DNA of 64,000 bases from the human T2T-CHM13v2.0 reference genome, Homo sapiens: the NCBI RefSeq assembly GCF_009914755.1, contig NC_060931.1; one strand, given 5' to 3'. Positions 1-17,156 of the stretch are shown here, one piece after another. The position numbers were made by a program, and so were the translations under genes. Within the stretch, counting starts at the first letter, position 1. Every line of letters begins with the position of its first letter. The notes beneath the pieces are model-generated. The model had not been told where the DNA came from, ran no database searches, and saw nothing but the letters and a program-made list of their open reading frames with translations.

Positions 1-359
1 TCATGAGCCCAAAATAGCACGATGCTGCAGAGGCTGCCATCCTGAGGGATGCGGCTGCCGATGTGGTTGCTGCCTGGCCTTCATCCCCTCAGTACCCAGG
101 CAGAGACCGAGTGGGATGGTACCACTTGCTCCCTTGGGTGGGGAGGACGATTGGAGAAGGATGAGTGGGCTCACAACAGGTGCCCACTCAGCGGAATCCA
201 ATTTCCTGTCTCTGAAAGGAGAATCAGTTTGTGAAATTGACCTTAATCAAGGGTGATCTGTTCGGAGAGTGCTCTATGGATGCCATTCTTTTCTGGGTCT
301 TTTGGCCAGTTATGGAACAAAGCTCCTCAGTACCTGGCATTGCTTTGACACTGGCATGG

Positions 360-673
360 AGTCAGGCATGGTGGCTCATGCATGTAATCTCAGCGCTTAG
401 GGAGGGTGAAGCGGGAGGGTCACCTGAGCCCAGGAGTTTGAAACCAGCCTGGGCAACACAGGGAGAGTTTGTCTTTCCAAAAAATGCAAAAAAAAATTAG
501 CCAGATGTAGTGGTTCATGCCTGTAGTCCCAGCTACTCAAGAGGCTGAGGCATGAGGATTGCTTGAACCCGGGAGTTCAAGGCTGCAGTGAGTTATGAGT
601 GCACCACTGCACTCCCGCCTGGGCAACAGGACGAGACCCCCTTCCTAAATAACAAAACAAAATAACAAAAAAA
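360..673 (+). mobile_element. Alu (AluJ-like)
   Basis: Dimeric Alu with A-rich linker and tail; J-type 'gagcccaggagtttg' and 'gagttcaaggctgcagtgag'. Confidence 0.9.
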
Positions 674-1131
674 ACCCTTGCATTAACCTTAAACTGGGCC
701 TCTCATAACTGCCTGGCTCCAGACCATTCCAGCCCCCCACTTCCATGCCCTAAAATGTCCAGATCCTGACCTGCAATTGCCTGAGGCCATGGGTCCTGAA
801 CCCCTTCACCCCTTCACCACAGACTCAACTGCATGTGCCTTTCCTCCTCCCTCTTTGCTTTCCTCTTCTCTTTCTTCCATCATTTCTAGTGAACATTAGA
901 TAATTAATTTTGTTGTTTTCCTAAGATCTACGTTCTTGAGGGCATGCACCGTGACTTATATAACTTTATATTCACTGTTCCCCTGCCCAGGCAGACCCAG
1001 CAGAAAACTAACCTGTGTCATTCATGTTAGTTGATGAATAAGCGAATAATGCAAATCAGGCTTTTATGCTCTCACTCTCTAACCCACTGCCATCAGGTGC
1101 CTGAATATTGCCTTCTCTCCCTTTCTCCCTC

Positions 1132-1307
1132 CCATCCATCCATCCATCCATCCATCCACCTGTCCATCCATCCATCTAACTACTACCCCCTCCTCCTGCA
1201 GTCTCCCATCCATCCATCCATCCATCCATCCATCCGTCTGTCCATCCATCCGTCCAACTACTACCCCCTCCCCCTCCAGTCTCCCATCCACCCATCCATC
1301 CAACCCA
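1132..1307 (+). repeat. (CCAT)n-based compound repeat with a duplicated 74-78 bp higher-order unit
   Basis: Units 1132-1205 and 1206-1283 both carry CCAT runs plus 'aactactaccccctc...cagtctc'. Confidence 0.9.
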
Positions 1308-2908
1308 TTTGCTTCTCTGTACCTCTCACTCTTGAGCTTGTTGACTTAACATCAGGACCATTGATGGTTCCTGCCTACAGTCCCCATCACCTTCCTCTAG
1401 CACTGGCGTTTTAACATAGAAAGCTTAATGAGTGCATTCAGTTCTGCTTTGGAACAATGAAATGTTAACTTTGTAATAACTCAAGCCTTTCACATAAGGG
1501 GGAGGAAAAGATTCATTTCACAATGATACTGAGAATTGTGTAGGAGCTAATGGAAAAAAGGTCAAAGGATTTTAGATCCTAGAAATGGGACAATGACAAA
1601 AATTAGTACTATTAAGAAGAGTGATGTGCTGTTATGAAAAATATCTACCCAAATGTCCCTTTAAAAAGTTATATTTCCATGTAAGGGTTATAATTTTAAT
1701 ATTTTGGTCTGTTTCCGTAAAAGACATTACATTTCTAAATTTGAAGGCAAATTTCCAATATTAAAAGATCCTGTCAATGATTCATTTACTCAGCTTTAAA
1801 TCTTGTCTTCCATTCCTCTTTGAAAAGACCTGATTATTATTAATAATCAGCTCTGCCTAAGTTGTATTCTCCTTGGATAGAAAAGCTATGTATTTGAAGA
1901 TCTTATGCTCTACAAGAAAATCCTGCCCAGCGATTGACGTGACAAACGCTGAATATTTCAGTGCACAATGACGGTGGCTTTCAGCTCATGAAAGGCTTCC
2001 TCGTGCCTTAGATAGTCTTCAGGTTTCTTTCTTAGTGCAAACTTTTAAGTGGACCCGTGATCCTCTGCCCTTTACAGCTTTTGTATCCTTCTTGTGTCGA
2101 TTCTATAGCTGTTGTCAGCAACTAAGCAATCTTGTTTTTTCTTTAGATTTGGGAAGCTACAAACTGTATCTTTCTAAACCTTCCACTCCTCTGCCACTTA
2201 CTGAGCTGTTGGAAGCAAAGTTTAAAGTATAAATGCAGTGTCCACATTCACAGTACTGGATTCTTTAATGGCAGTGAGTGTGGTTATTCTGGCATCACAG
2301 AAAGGGAGTGGACTTATGCAGGGGTGGGGGTGGAGAGCCATATTTCTGCACAATGGCAGTCACCTTGGAAGATGTAGGTGGATCTACCTAAGCCTGATGA
2401 GGACCTCATTGGTGTCCGGGAGCAGGGTGCTCCCTGCCCTGTTCTGGGGAATGTGAAAATCCTCTACTGCTGAAGGCCTTTTGTTCTAAGGGCACCTCCA
2501 ACCCCCACATCCTAGTAGTCGGCTGCCCTCAGACTTACCACATGCCAAATATGTTTCATCTTTAAGAAGCATGCTATCTTTATACAATTGAATGCACTCT
2601 TTGAATCTATTTTACGTTTTATGATTTTACCTTTTTTAAAAAAAGTATCATGAGGTATTTCAGATATGCAAAGCAAGTATAAAGGAGAACGGCGTGAATG
2701 TGGACATACCCAGCTGACCCCTTGAAGGTGTAAAAGATCAGCAGCATGGCCGAATGTCCCTTCCCACATCTCCTGTCCCTCAAGACACAGACACTGACCT
2801 GAACTTGCTATTTAACATTCCCCTTTTAGCTTCTTTTTAAATTTTTATAACGATTTTAAAAATAGGAAGAAAAAAAAGGCATATATGGCAAGGGCATAGC
2901 TTTGGGAC

Positions 2909-3297
2909 ATGCTGTGGTTTGAATGTTTATTCCCTCTGAATCTGATGTGGAAACCTAATCCCCAATGTGGCAGTATTGATATGTGGGGCTCTTAAGAAGT
3001 GACTGGGTCATGAAGGCTCATGGATTAATGGAATAATGGGTTCATGGATTAATGGTTATCATGGGAGTGAGACCAATGGCTTTGTAAGAAGAGGAAGAGG
3101 GACCTAAGTTCGCACCCTCAACCCCCTTGCCATGTCAGGCCCTCTACTGCCTGGATTCTGCAGAGTCCTCACAGCAAGAAGGCCCTCCCCAGATATAGTC
3201 CCTCGACCTTGGACTTCTCAGACCCCGTAATTGTAAGATATACATTCACTTTCTGTATAGATCACCCAATTTCAGAAACAGAAAATGGATCAACACA
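2909..3297 (+). mobile_element. MaLR solo LTR (MST family, MSTC/D-like)
   Basis: 'tgctgtggtttgaatg...cctaatccccaatgtggcagtattg...gaccttggacttc...cagaaaatgga..aacaca' matches MST LTR layout. Confidence 0.8.
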
Positions 3298-3489
3298 GGA
3301 TGCATCCATGCTCTACGTGGACATCATCCTCTTTCCTCCATTTCATTGGCCCTGAAGACATCTGTTCTAGATCCTCTGTCTGTTGCCCTTCATGAATTTT
3401 TGGACACTAAACTTGGCCTTTAAGAAAATATTAATGAGCTTTTTATTTAAAAAAAAAAAGATCACTATTCATGTTGTTGTTACTATTAC

Positions 3490-3675
3490 AGTATTAAGGA
3501 CGAACTCTGTGCCAGGCACTCTGCTAGAAACTTTGCAGATGTAGCTCCCTTTATTTCTTGCAGCAGTCCTGCAAGGCATCGTTCTTCCTGTTCTCAGATA
3601 GGGTGACAGAGCCTCAGTGAGGGCAAGTAGCTTGTCCATGGTTAGTGGCACAACTGACTCTAAAATCTTTTAACC
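3490..3675 (-). mobile_element. MIR fragment
   Basis: 'tgtgccaggcactctgcta...gagcctcagtgagggcaagtagcttgtccatggt' resembles MIR core. Confidence 0.55.
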
Positions 3676-5473
3676 ACATCAAGTTGCCCTAGCATACTAG
3701 ACGAAATGTGTTAGGACTCAGACATGTCTGTTTTACATGATACTTAGATGGGACCATGTGCTGTGGCTGTGATTTTTTTTTCCCCCTTAGAGGCATGTTG
3801 GATAGGGTGTCTTGTAAATTAATGCCACTTGGCATGGCAGGCCCCACGAGACTTGGCTTTCAGTACACCCTGGCACCTCCTGCAGTATTGCTGGAAGGAG
3901 TCTGATTCAGGCCTTATAGATCATTTATATTACAGAGAAAGGCATGTGAGAGTCTGGAAGCAAATATAAAGTGCGCTGAACTCCTTCAGAAATGGGCTCT
4001 GAAAGGAATCTTAGTGACTTTAAAGAGCAAAGCTAGGAGGATTGGCTGCGCTCATGGAAATTTTCCTTTTACCCCTCACTGTATCTGGCTGTTAAATGCC
4101 TGTCTTCCAGCTGGCATTCTCTTTCTTATTTATCGTGAAGAGTTAGATTATGTTAAATTGAAAAGTGACACTGATGTATTAGAACCCATCACGTTAGATT
4201 GAGGACAGATACCTGACTTAAAATGTGCCCTTTCTGAAGCATCAACTCTGAAAGTATTTGGTGTTCTTCCCATATTATACAGTTATACGATAAAGTCACA
4301 AGAATGGGTTTATACCCATTTGTATTCTACTTCGAGTCAAGTAGTAAAAATCTGTGAAATTGACTGATTTTGCTCAGAATAATATCAGAGAGGGCAATAA
4401 ATCTAAACTTTGGCTCTCATAAAATGTGTTTCTGGGAAGGTAATGATTCATGATCAGATGCACACACAGACATCATGAGAGTGCTAAGAAATAGATTCAT
4501 AATCTTTGGCTTTAAAAATCGTAGACTGTTTTTTGAGCTCAACCAGCCTGCTCTGGAGTTCGACAATTCTGTGTAGTCTTTCTCTTTCTTTGGCTCTCTT
4601 GATTTGCTTACAGGCATAAGTTCAGCCTCCTGTGATGTGTTGAAGAGGAAGAAATAATGATTAAAGTGATAGAAAACAGTTCTGCAAAATGAAAGGGAGA
4701 ATTGAATTTGTGTAGGTTAATAAAGGCAAGACTAATGTAATGCGGTCTTTAAGTATAAGTGAAAGCTATGCTAAAGCATTTATCCTCCGTGTCCACGGAT
4801 GGTCAGAGGAAATGGAAGGGGCTTAAATAGAAATGGAGAGGTTTCTTTGGCTGTGAAAAAGAATTTCTTAATCAGGAAGGTAAAGGGCATAGCAGTGGAT
4901 CTCAGAATGATACTCTGAAGCTGTTTCGCTGTTGCTTCCCTTTGCTGGACGCAGAGCTCCTCAAGGGCAGGGCGACCCCTGCACATTCCCTGCCCAGAGC
5001 AGTGCTGGTCCCATTCATCAGTAATGCCCCTCTCCCCCCCAGCCTACAATCCATTCCAGGACCCCACCTGCTGGCTCCACTTTCAGTACATAGCCAGGCG
5101 CAACCACTTCTTACCATCTCCCTCGTGACCACCTTGGCTCAAGCCAACATCTCTGGGCACTGGGTTCCTTTGGCTGCCCCCAGGTTTGATAACAAAAATG
5201 GCTTTCATTGTTTTTGATTTGTTTCTTTTGATTATTAAGGCTGAGTATTTTTCAAATATGCAGTATTGATTATTAATTTTAAATGAATGTGTTGTTTGCT
5301 GTACACATTTTTGCCCATTGGCTTTTCAGTTTTCTTGTTTTTTAAAGAGACTAAAGTTATCAATGTTATATAGTCAAGTATATTACATAAATTTTACATT
5401 TAGAAAGTAAGTTCAAATGTAGCAATTAGATATATACTTAACTAAGTTTTATTTTAGATACACATAAATGTGA

Positions 5474-5797
<324 letters not shown>

Positions 5798-5969
5798 ATA
5801 TATACCTTTTAAAAAGGTTCATCTTTTCCTGTTTTCCCTTTTCGCTTCTTTCACCTTTTCTTTTTTTCTCTTTCCCTCCACATATATAAATAAGCTAATG
5901 TATATTTTCTTATTTTTCTGTATAGTCATTTAGCCCTATACAGCCATGTACATGTACAAGAGGGGTGTG

Positions 5970-5972
<3 letters not shown>

Positions 5973-6007
<35 letters not shown>
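5973..6007 (+). repeat. (AC)n microsatellite, about 17 units
   Basis: Read directly from the sequence. Confidence 0.97.
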
Positions 6008-7900
<1,893 letters not shown>

Positions 7901-7933
7901 AGGCATACGAATATGTTAGACCCTGTTTATCCT

Positions 7934-8317
<384 letters not shown>

Positions 8318-8755
8318 CTAAATTTGGAACTAGGTGCTTTTGATTTGTATGTCTAAATTTGACTAAATTACTGTAAAGTGAATACTTAGTTCATGGGGTT
8401 TTTTAAAATTTATTCTATGCTTTTCTTTCTTTGTCTCCTGGGTGAAGTTTTGGGTCCTTGTCTCCATGAGATGGAAAAATATTCCTTTCCCAGAACTTTG
8501 TTACTGTTTAGATTACTATGCAGGTTCTGTGATAACCTTCAAGTATAGGTGATTTTATAAAACAGATGTTTTTGGTGAGATTGTAGCAGGGTTGTGGGTT
8601 TGGCTCTCAGTCTCCAACGTTTCTGTTGGGCAGGATTTGCATTTCATATCCTGGCATACTGTATTAGGAAGCTTCCAGCCTGTGTGTCTAATATTATGGG
8701 GGAACACAAAACTTCCATTTCCTAATTTTTAATCCCTTGTTCTCTCAATTCTTAG

Positions 8756-9181
<426 letters not shown>

Positions 9182-10759
9182 GCCGTCTTTTATTTTTTTA
9201 AAGTCAAGTACTGTTTTCTCTGCCATCACATACCAAATGATTCAGAGTTTTTCGTCTGGATCACTCCTAAATATACACACACCCAATCCCTGAATCAGAA
9301 GACCAAAGTCCTTCATACCTTTTGAGATAGCTTATTGACCTGTAGAAACTGTGGTGCATTGGAAGCCCGGGTATACCAGCAGCCTGGCCCAGTTTTTGTC
9401 TTGGCCTAGTGGACTTGTCCTTGTTACAGTTCTTGGTTCTAGTTGAACACCCTTTAACTTTCTTTTTTACACGTTTTTACACCCTTTGTCCTTCCCACCC
9501 TAACAGAAATGTCCTGAACTCAGACATTTGCACAACAAATTGAAATTTTTGGCAAATTCCTTTCATTTTCCTAGTATATTCCAAAGCACAGTTAAACTAG
9601 CCAGACTAACCTGATGGTTTTTGAGCAAGGGAAGACATAGATGCGGATGATTAAATAAGACACATCACTATTTCATTTATGAGACATTATTGTGTAATTA
9701 GCTATTTCATATAACTGGGTTTTTAAAATAGCTGAATGTAATATTTCATCAATATAACCTTTCCCCCATTCTTTGTGGTTGGGTTAATGAAAACTTTTCT
9801 AATATGTCTTCACTTCTCTTTGGAGCATAGTGCATATAATTTATTCTCTTTCCAATGTCATTGCAAGGTTATAATTAAAAGCATGAATTCCCTGTTTCAT
9901 GACCCTAGAGTCTACTGAATGTTTAATCCTTTTTTAAAAAATTCACTAACTGACCTCAGCTGTGCATTCTGAGTTCTTACGGCTACATTTATATAATTTA
10001 CTTATGACCATTGTAGATTGTCATTGTGCTCTCTCTCTATCGTCCTCTCTCCTTAGCCCTAAGGGTTGAGCAACCAGATCATCAGGTTTGACGAAAACAG
10101 GAAGGAGGGCCTGGGAGGGATGGATTGATGATGAGTCCTTCTCATTGATAAGGACCCTGAGCAAGGCCTGGTGAGTTCTAGATGCTGTGGCTGCTCCCAG
10201 CTTGCATCTCTGTCTCTCTGGTTCCTTCTCCTCTTGCTTCCTTGGCCTCCTTTGGCCCTTGGAACACGCCCAGCCTGTCCCATTGCAGGGCCTTTGCACT
10301 TGGAGCTCTCTTCTGGGTTTTCTCACCTCCGTCTTCATGTGGTTCTCCCTGTTTTGTGATTCGATTCTCAAACTCCAACATTTGTGTCTCCCTGAAAACT
10401 CCAGTGAGAACTCTCTGCTGACCAGCTGGAGGATGAAACAGCTTGTTAGTTTTAGTTTAGACTTTCTGCTTTCATGGATTGAGTAGGGGTATTCCTTTTT
10501 CTTTTCTTCAGCAGAGCTGTTCTCTTTTACTTTTTAACTTTTTACTGTGAAACTGTACTTAATTATACATTCACAGAAGGTTGCAAAAACTATTCAGAGA
10601 AGTTCCATGTACCCTTCACCCAATGTTTATATTTTATACCACTGTAGTGCAATATCAAAACCAGGAGATTGACACTAGTACAATGTGTGTTTGTAGTTCT
10701 TTGTCATTTTACTACATGTGCAGATGTGTGTAACTACCACTACATCCACAATACAGTGC

Positions 10760-11059
<300 letters not shown>

Positions 11060-11790
11060 GTGCTACAGAGCTGTTCTGTCACCACAGACATCCATCCCCC
11101 TTGTGCTGCCCTGTAATTGTCATACCTTCCCTGGCAGCTTCCCAACCTGGCAGCCGCTAATCTGTTTTCCATCTGTACAGTTTTCTCATCTTGAGAATGT
11201 TATGTAAGTGGACCCTACATTAGGTGACCTTTTGGGATTGGCTTTTCCCCCCACTTAACCTAATACTCTTGAGACCCATCCAAGTTGCATGTATCAATGG
11301 CTTGTTTCTTTTTATTGTGATGCCGGATTCTGTGCAACAGAGGTAGCAGTTTAACTCTTCACCAATTGAGGAACATTTGTTGTTGTTTTTGTTTTTGTTT
11401 CATCCCAAGGTTTTGGTTGTTACAAATAAAGCTGCTATGAACATTTCTATTCAGGTTTTTGCGTAGATGTAAATTTTCATTTCTCTGAGATGAACGTTCA
11501 GGATTATAATCGGTGGGTCGAATGTAAGTATATGTTTGGCTTTTTAGAAACTACCAAAGTATTTTCCACTGTGGCTATACTATTTTTCATTCTCTCAGCA
11601 ACATATGAGAGCTCCAGTTTCTCTGCATTACTGTTTTTTTACATTAGCCATTTTAATAGGTGTGGAAGGGTAGGTCATCATGGTTTTAATTTGCATTTCC
11701 CTAATGGCTAGTGATGCTCAACACTTTTTATGTGCTTATTTGCCGTTTACATATTCTCTTTGGTCAAATGCTTCTTGTTGTACTCTGCCC

Positions 11791-12119
<329 letters not shown>

Positions 12120-12257
12120 TTACACTTTCCCCATTTTCTAATTGGATTTTTTTAATTGTTGACTTTTAAGAGTTCTTTATATATTCTAGATATGTATGCT
12201 TTATCAAATTTGTGTTTTGCAGATATTTTCTTCCAGTTTGCAACTGGTATTTTCCTC

Positions 12258-12574
12258 TTTTTTTTTTTTTTTTTTTTTGAGACAGAGTCTGGCCTGTTGC
12301 CCAGGCTGGAGTGCAGTGGTGGCTGGAATGCAGTGGCATGATCTCAGCTCACTGCAAGCTCCGCCTCCCATGTTCACGCCATTCTCCTGCCTCAGCCTCC
12401 TGAGTAGCTGGGACTACAGGCACCCGCCACCACGCCTGGTTAATTTTTTGTATTTTTAGTAGAGACGGGGTTTCACCATGTTAGCCAGGATGGTCTCGAT
12501 CTCCTGACCTCGTGATCCACCTGCCTTGGCCTCCCAAAGTGCTGGGATTACAGGCATGAGCCACCCTGCCCAGC
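12258..12574 (-). mobile_element. AluY with internal 17-bp duplication
   Basis: 'gcaagctccgcc', 'ttcacgccattctcc', 'ttagccaggatggtctcgatctcc'; TSD tattttcctctt. Confidence 0.93.
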
Positions 12575-13387
12575 AATATTTTCCTCTTAATAGAGTCTTT
12601 CACAGAACAAAACATTTTAATGTTGATGAAGTCCAATTGACTGAATTTTTTAACTCATGAATTATGCTTTTGCTGTCATATCTAAGAACTCTGCAATTTC
12701 TCTGATATCTTCTCCTAAAAATTTTACAGTTTTACAAATATATTTATGATGTTTTATGGGTTTATTTTTGTATTCAGTTATATGAGGGTTTGGCTGAGGT
12801 CAGTTTTCTTTTTTCTTAAGAATCTCCAGTTGCTTTGGTACCATTGTTAAAAAGACTTCCCTTCCTTCACAGATTGGTTTTTGCCCTTTGTAAAAAATCT
12901 TTTGGCCCTACTGTTACGGGTCTCTTTCTGAGTTCTTTATTTTGCCCCATTGGCCTATTTGTCTTTTCCTTTGCCAATACCACACTGGATATAGCTGTAT
13001 ATCTGGTAGACTTATTCCTCCCACTTTTTGCTTCTTTTTCAAAATTGTTTTTGCTATTCTAATTCTTCTGCCTTTACATATTATTTTTAGAATATTTTCT
13101 CTATAGGAAAATCTTGCTGAGATTTTGAAGGAATCACATTAAACACGTAGGCCTGTTCGGACAAAACCAGTATCTTTACTTTGTTGTGTTTTCCAATCCA
13201 TGAACTCTTTATCACTCTCCATTTGTGTAGAACTTTGATTTCTTTCTTTAGTATTTTTGTAGTTTTCAGCATACAAGTTCTGTACGTATTTGCTAGGTTC
13301 TCACCTATTTCTGTTGAGTGATTGTCAGTGGCGTTATATTTTAATTTTGGCTTTCACGTGTTCATTGCTATTATAGAGAAATACAAT

Positions 13388-13672
13388 TGGGGGTGGAAGG
13401 ATTGGTGAGATATTGGTCGAAGGACACAAAATTTTAGTTAGAAGGAATAAGTTCAGGAGATCTATTAAACGGCATGGTGACTATAGTTAACAACAGAGTG
13501 CATACTTGAAAGTTACTAAGAGAGTAGATTTTAAATGTTCTTACCACAAAAAGAAAAAAAATACATGAGGTAATGTATGGTTAATTAGTTTGATTTCACC
13601 ATTTCACAAGGTACTCATATATCATGTTGGACACCATAAGTACATACAATTTTTATTCGTCCATTAAAAAGA
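13388..13672 (+). mobile_element. L1MA (about MA8-10) 3' UTR fragment
   Basis: 'gaataagttcaggagatcta...catggtgactatagttaacaac...aagagagtagattttaaatgttcttaccacaaaaa' is typical of the L1MA 3' end. Confidence 0.75.
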
Positions 13673-14529
13673 AATTTGTGCTATATTTTATGCTACTAAA
13701 AAATACAGTTGTTTTTTGTATGTGTATCTTGTATTCTGAAACCCTTGCTGAACTTATTTATTACTTCAGTGAGTGTTGTTGTTACTGTTGCTTTGTAGAT
13801 TCCTTGGTATTTCCTGTGTAGACCACGTCATCTGCAAATAGAGGCAGTTCACTTTTTCCTTTCTGACTTGAATGCCTTTGTATTGATGCTCAAATTGCCC
13901 CTTTCTTGGGTAGCGGGAGCCTCTTCAGGTTGATTCTTGAGTTCTTGTGACATGACGTAGTCTTTGCTTTCTTGCTATATGGTATAAGATGTTCTGGGTT
14001 CCTCTTGTACTTTTTCTGCCCTGACCTATAATTAACCATTTCTCTAAAATGTACTGGTTCTTTTTTGTGGCAAATGGTATTTTGAGACCATAGCAGTTCC
14101 CCCAGTGGAGACTGTAGACTGTAGACTTATAGAGCCTTGATAGTCTCTTATATATTAGTAAATTCCCCAGTAAGTGCTCAATAATTGTTTGTCAGAAGAG
14201 TAAGTGAATTAGTGAACAAATGTATGAAACACATCTAGTGCTAGTCTTTGCTTGGTGGCCAAACCAAAACAAGAAAAACATCATCCAGTGTATCCAAAAA
14301 AGAAATATTGTCAAGGCAATTCAGATCATTAGTGATCTGTCAAAGAATGACCAAATTAATGGAGAACCAAAACACTTCTCTTTAAACCCTTTTTCTCCTT
14401 CCAAGTCACCTCCTTGTAGCTGGCCTGGCTCCTTTGCCCCCTCTTCTTCCTTTACAGAGCTATTCTAGTTTTCGTGCTTCTCTCCTCAGTGTGAATTTTC
14501 AAGGTGTTCCTCCTCCTATAGATCTCTGT

Positions 14530-14934
14530 TGCTACCACAAACTGCATGATAATGCCCTGAGGTCAAAGACAAGGAAAGACTGCAAATGCTTGGCTTGTAG
14601 CCCTCCCACCATCTTCAAAGTCAGCAGCGTAAACTTTCTCCTCTGCCAGTGACTCTTCTGACTTCTCTCTCACTGCTGGGACTTTGTCTCACATGGACTC
14701 ACCCAAATAATCCAAGACAATCTTCCCATCTTTAGATCCTTAACCTCACCATATCTGCAAAGTCCCTTTCCCATGTGAGGTAACGTATCTCTAGGATGTG
14801 GATGTCCACATTAGGATGTGGATGTCCACATTAGGATGTGGATGTCCACATTAGGATGTGGATGTCCACATTAGGATGTGGATGTCCACATTAGGACGTG
14901 GATGTCCTTGGGGGCCCTTATTCGGCCCACCACG
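14530..14934 (-). mobile_element. MaLR LTR (MLT1D-like)
   Basis: 'taatccaagacaatcttcccatc...atctgcaaagtccctttcccatgtgaggtaac...ttaggacgtggatgtccttggggg...cccaccac'. Confidence 0.75.
14792..14907 (+). repeat. 20-bp minisatellite TAGGATGTGGATGTCCACAT x5 plus a partial unit
   Basis: Five identical copies at 14792-14891, followed by taggacgtggatgtcc. Confidence 0.97.
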
Positions 14935-17156
14935 AGAAGGCTCATGTGACCCAACAGACGGCTAAAGAGTTGGGCCCCAGAGCTCTGTGATGCTCACCCT
15001 TCCCTGCCTTCTCCACCCAGCAGAGACCGTTACCTTTATAGACCCTAGCGAAGAATTTTCTGTGGCCTTTGGTCCTTTGCAGAACTTCACACCTGTTCAT
15101 TTGAATCATTTTGCACCAGTTACATACTGCTTGTGGCAAACCTAAAACGCCTGTGGAGAAATGTGACGAGGACTAAGAACAAATACATCACAACCTATGA
15201 AACCACGTTGCAGTTCTCTGAGGAGATGAATGGAGCAATTACGTTTTATGTTATTGTGTTGTGTTTGTCATGGAAATGAACTGCACAATCATTAACTGGC
15301 AGGTGGTGGAGACGGGAAAAGTAGCTGCTGCCCCTTTTTCTATTTTTATCCAGTTTTTTCCCGTTTTTATTTTTGTGTGGGGTTGTCTGGGAACTAAGAG
15401 TGATATTACCTAAATTTGCTTCCTGCCTGTATCTTACGTGTGTATTGTTGTGGTTAATAATGTTTTCAATTTACTCAGACTTTCTCAAAACGGCCCTTTT
15501 TGAGTTATCGATAGCTGTATTTCACCCAGGCAAATCTGAAGTTGTCATCTTATTTTCTCATTTTAGATATATCCTAATGTTAAATAAAAAGGAATTTATA
15601 AAGCCTTACCTGGGAAAGTCCAAAGTTCTTACCTTTTGAGAAAAAAAAATCTACCCCATCCCCAAAGGAAACTGCTTTCATTAGTCTTCATGGACGGAAC
15701 CCAGGGCTCATAGCTCTGCCTCTTATTAGCGGGACTGACAGCTGCCTAGTGGAGAAGGTAACCTCCAGAACAGTCCCAAAGAAGGCCAAGAAGGCCTGCC
15801 TAGGAGGGTTCTATCAGGATAGGAAGGGGAAGTGCTTAACGCTGACACACATAACTCGGGTGGTGTGGGGGCTCCCTCTTGAGACCCAGCATGCTGTGGT
15901 ATAGTCGCGCTCCCGGTAGATGGTAATGCCAGGGGCTGCCTCAAGCCCAAAGATTCAGAAAATCTACCCCTGCATTTCGTCACCAGTTTTGTGATCCCCT
16001 CTACCATAGGCCAGGCCTTTCTTAGCCAGTGGGGGTATCTGATTGGAGACCTATAGAAAGGGGGAGACAGAGACAGACAAAGACACACGAAGACAGGCAC
16101 ACAGAGAGAAACAGAGAGAGTGGGCCAAGGTGCAGAACTGTTAACCTCACAACAAAGGTTTGCACAGATTCCTCTCCCTGGCATGTTGTCTCACTGGGTC
16201 TGGGGCCAGGGAGATGACAGAGACAACCATTAAAGGACTTGATGAGAGAATACATTTGGGATGGGCACAGGCTGGGAGGCTGGGTTAGAGTCTTGATTGT
16301 TCATGTTCTTTGGCAAAATTATTTGACCTCTGGTAGCCTCTGCTTCCTTTCTGTAACATGGAGATAATAACAGCAGCTAAGCATTTCTGAGTTTTAAGTG
16401 TATGCCAACTGTATGTACCAATCACCTTTTAATATCTCGTTTAATTCTCCTGCCAACACTAAGGGATGGATACAATTATTATCCCCATCTGACCTGCGCA
16501 TTGGTGCTGTCAGTCAAGCATCTGGCCCGTTGTCAAAGCGTCACCAGCTAGGAAGTGTCAGAGAAGGGACTCCCATGCAGTCATCTCTGGATCCAAACCT
16601 TGATGTTAACCCCTGGTTGCTGCAAGGGAATTTGAATCCCTGTGGGATGACCGTGAGGGCTAGGTGAGATGCATGCAGAGCACACAGCAGTTGCCAGGCC
16701 CGTGGAACGTGCCCTCCTCATCATGACGGCGAGGAGGGCAGAGCAGAAGCTTTGTAGAGAAGAAGAGTTGACGGGGAGCATGGTGCCCCTTCTGAGAAGT
16801 GACAAACAACTCCAGGTGGTGGTTGAGTGAGGAGCAGATGGAGGGTCGGTCCCTAGGGAGGTATGTCCAAAGCCAGCAGGTTCACTCCCTCTGAAATCCT
16901 ACACAGAAAAATCTCAGAATGCTGAAAGGATGCCAGTGTCTGTCTCCCAACTGTGGCTAATGGTTCAGTGGGATTTGCTTACTGGCAACTTCTGAATAAT
17001 TCCCAGCACAGGTGTAAATAATGCAAGGCCTCAATCCCAGCCCGACCTGCACCGTGAGGCAGAAGAGACATGTGTGTCACAGTTAACCAAGGGTGCAGTA
17101 AGCCCTCCTGAAAGCTCAGTTTAGGGGACCAGGATTTTAAAGAGCTCCCAGCCTTG

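Noticed and set aside
1031-1414. 127-aa and 74-aa ORFs
   Set aside because: Translations of the (CCAT)n repeat (HPSI/MDGW); not coding
14792-14907. CRISPR-like palindromic direct repeats
   Set aside because: The repeats are contiguous with no spacers, there are no cas genes, and the unit derives from a mammalian MLT1 LTR
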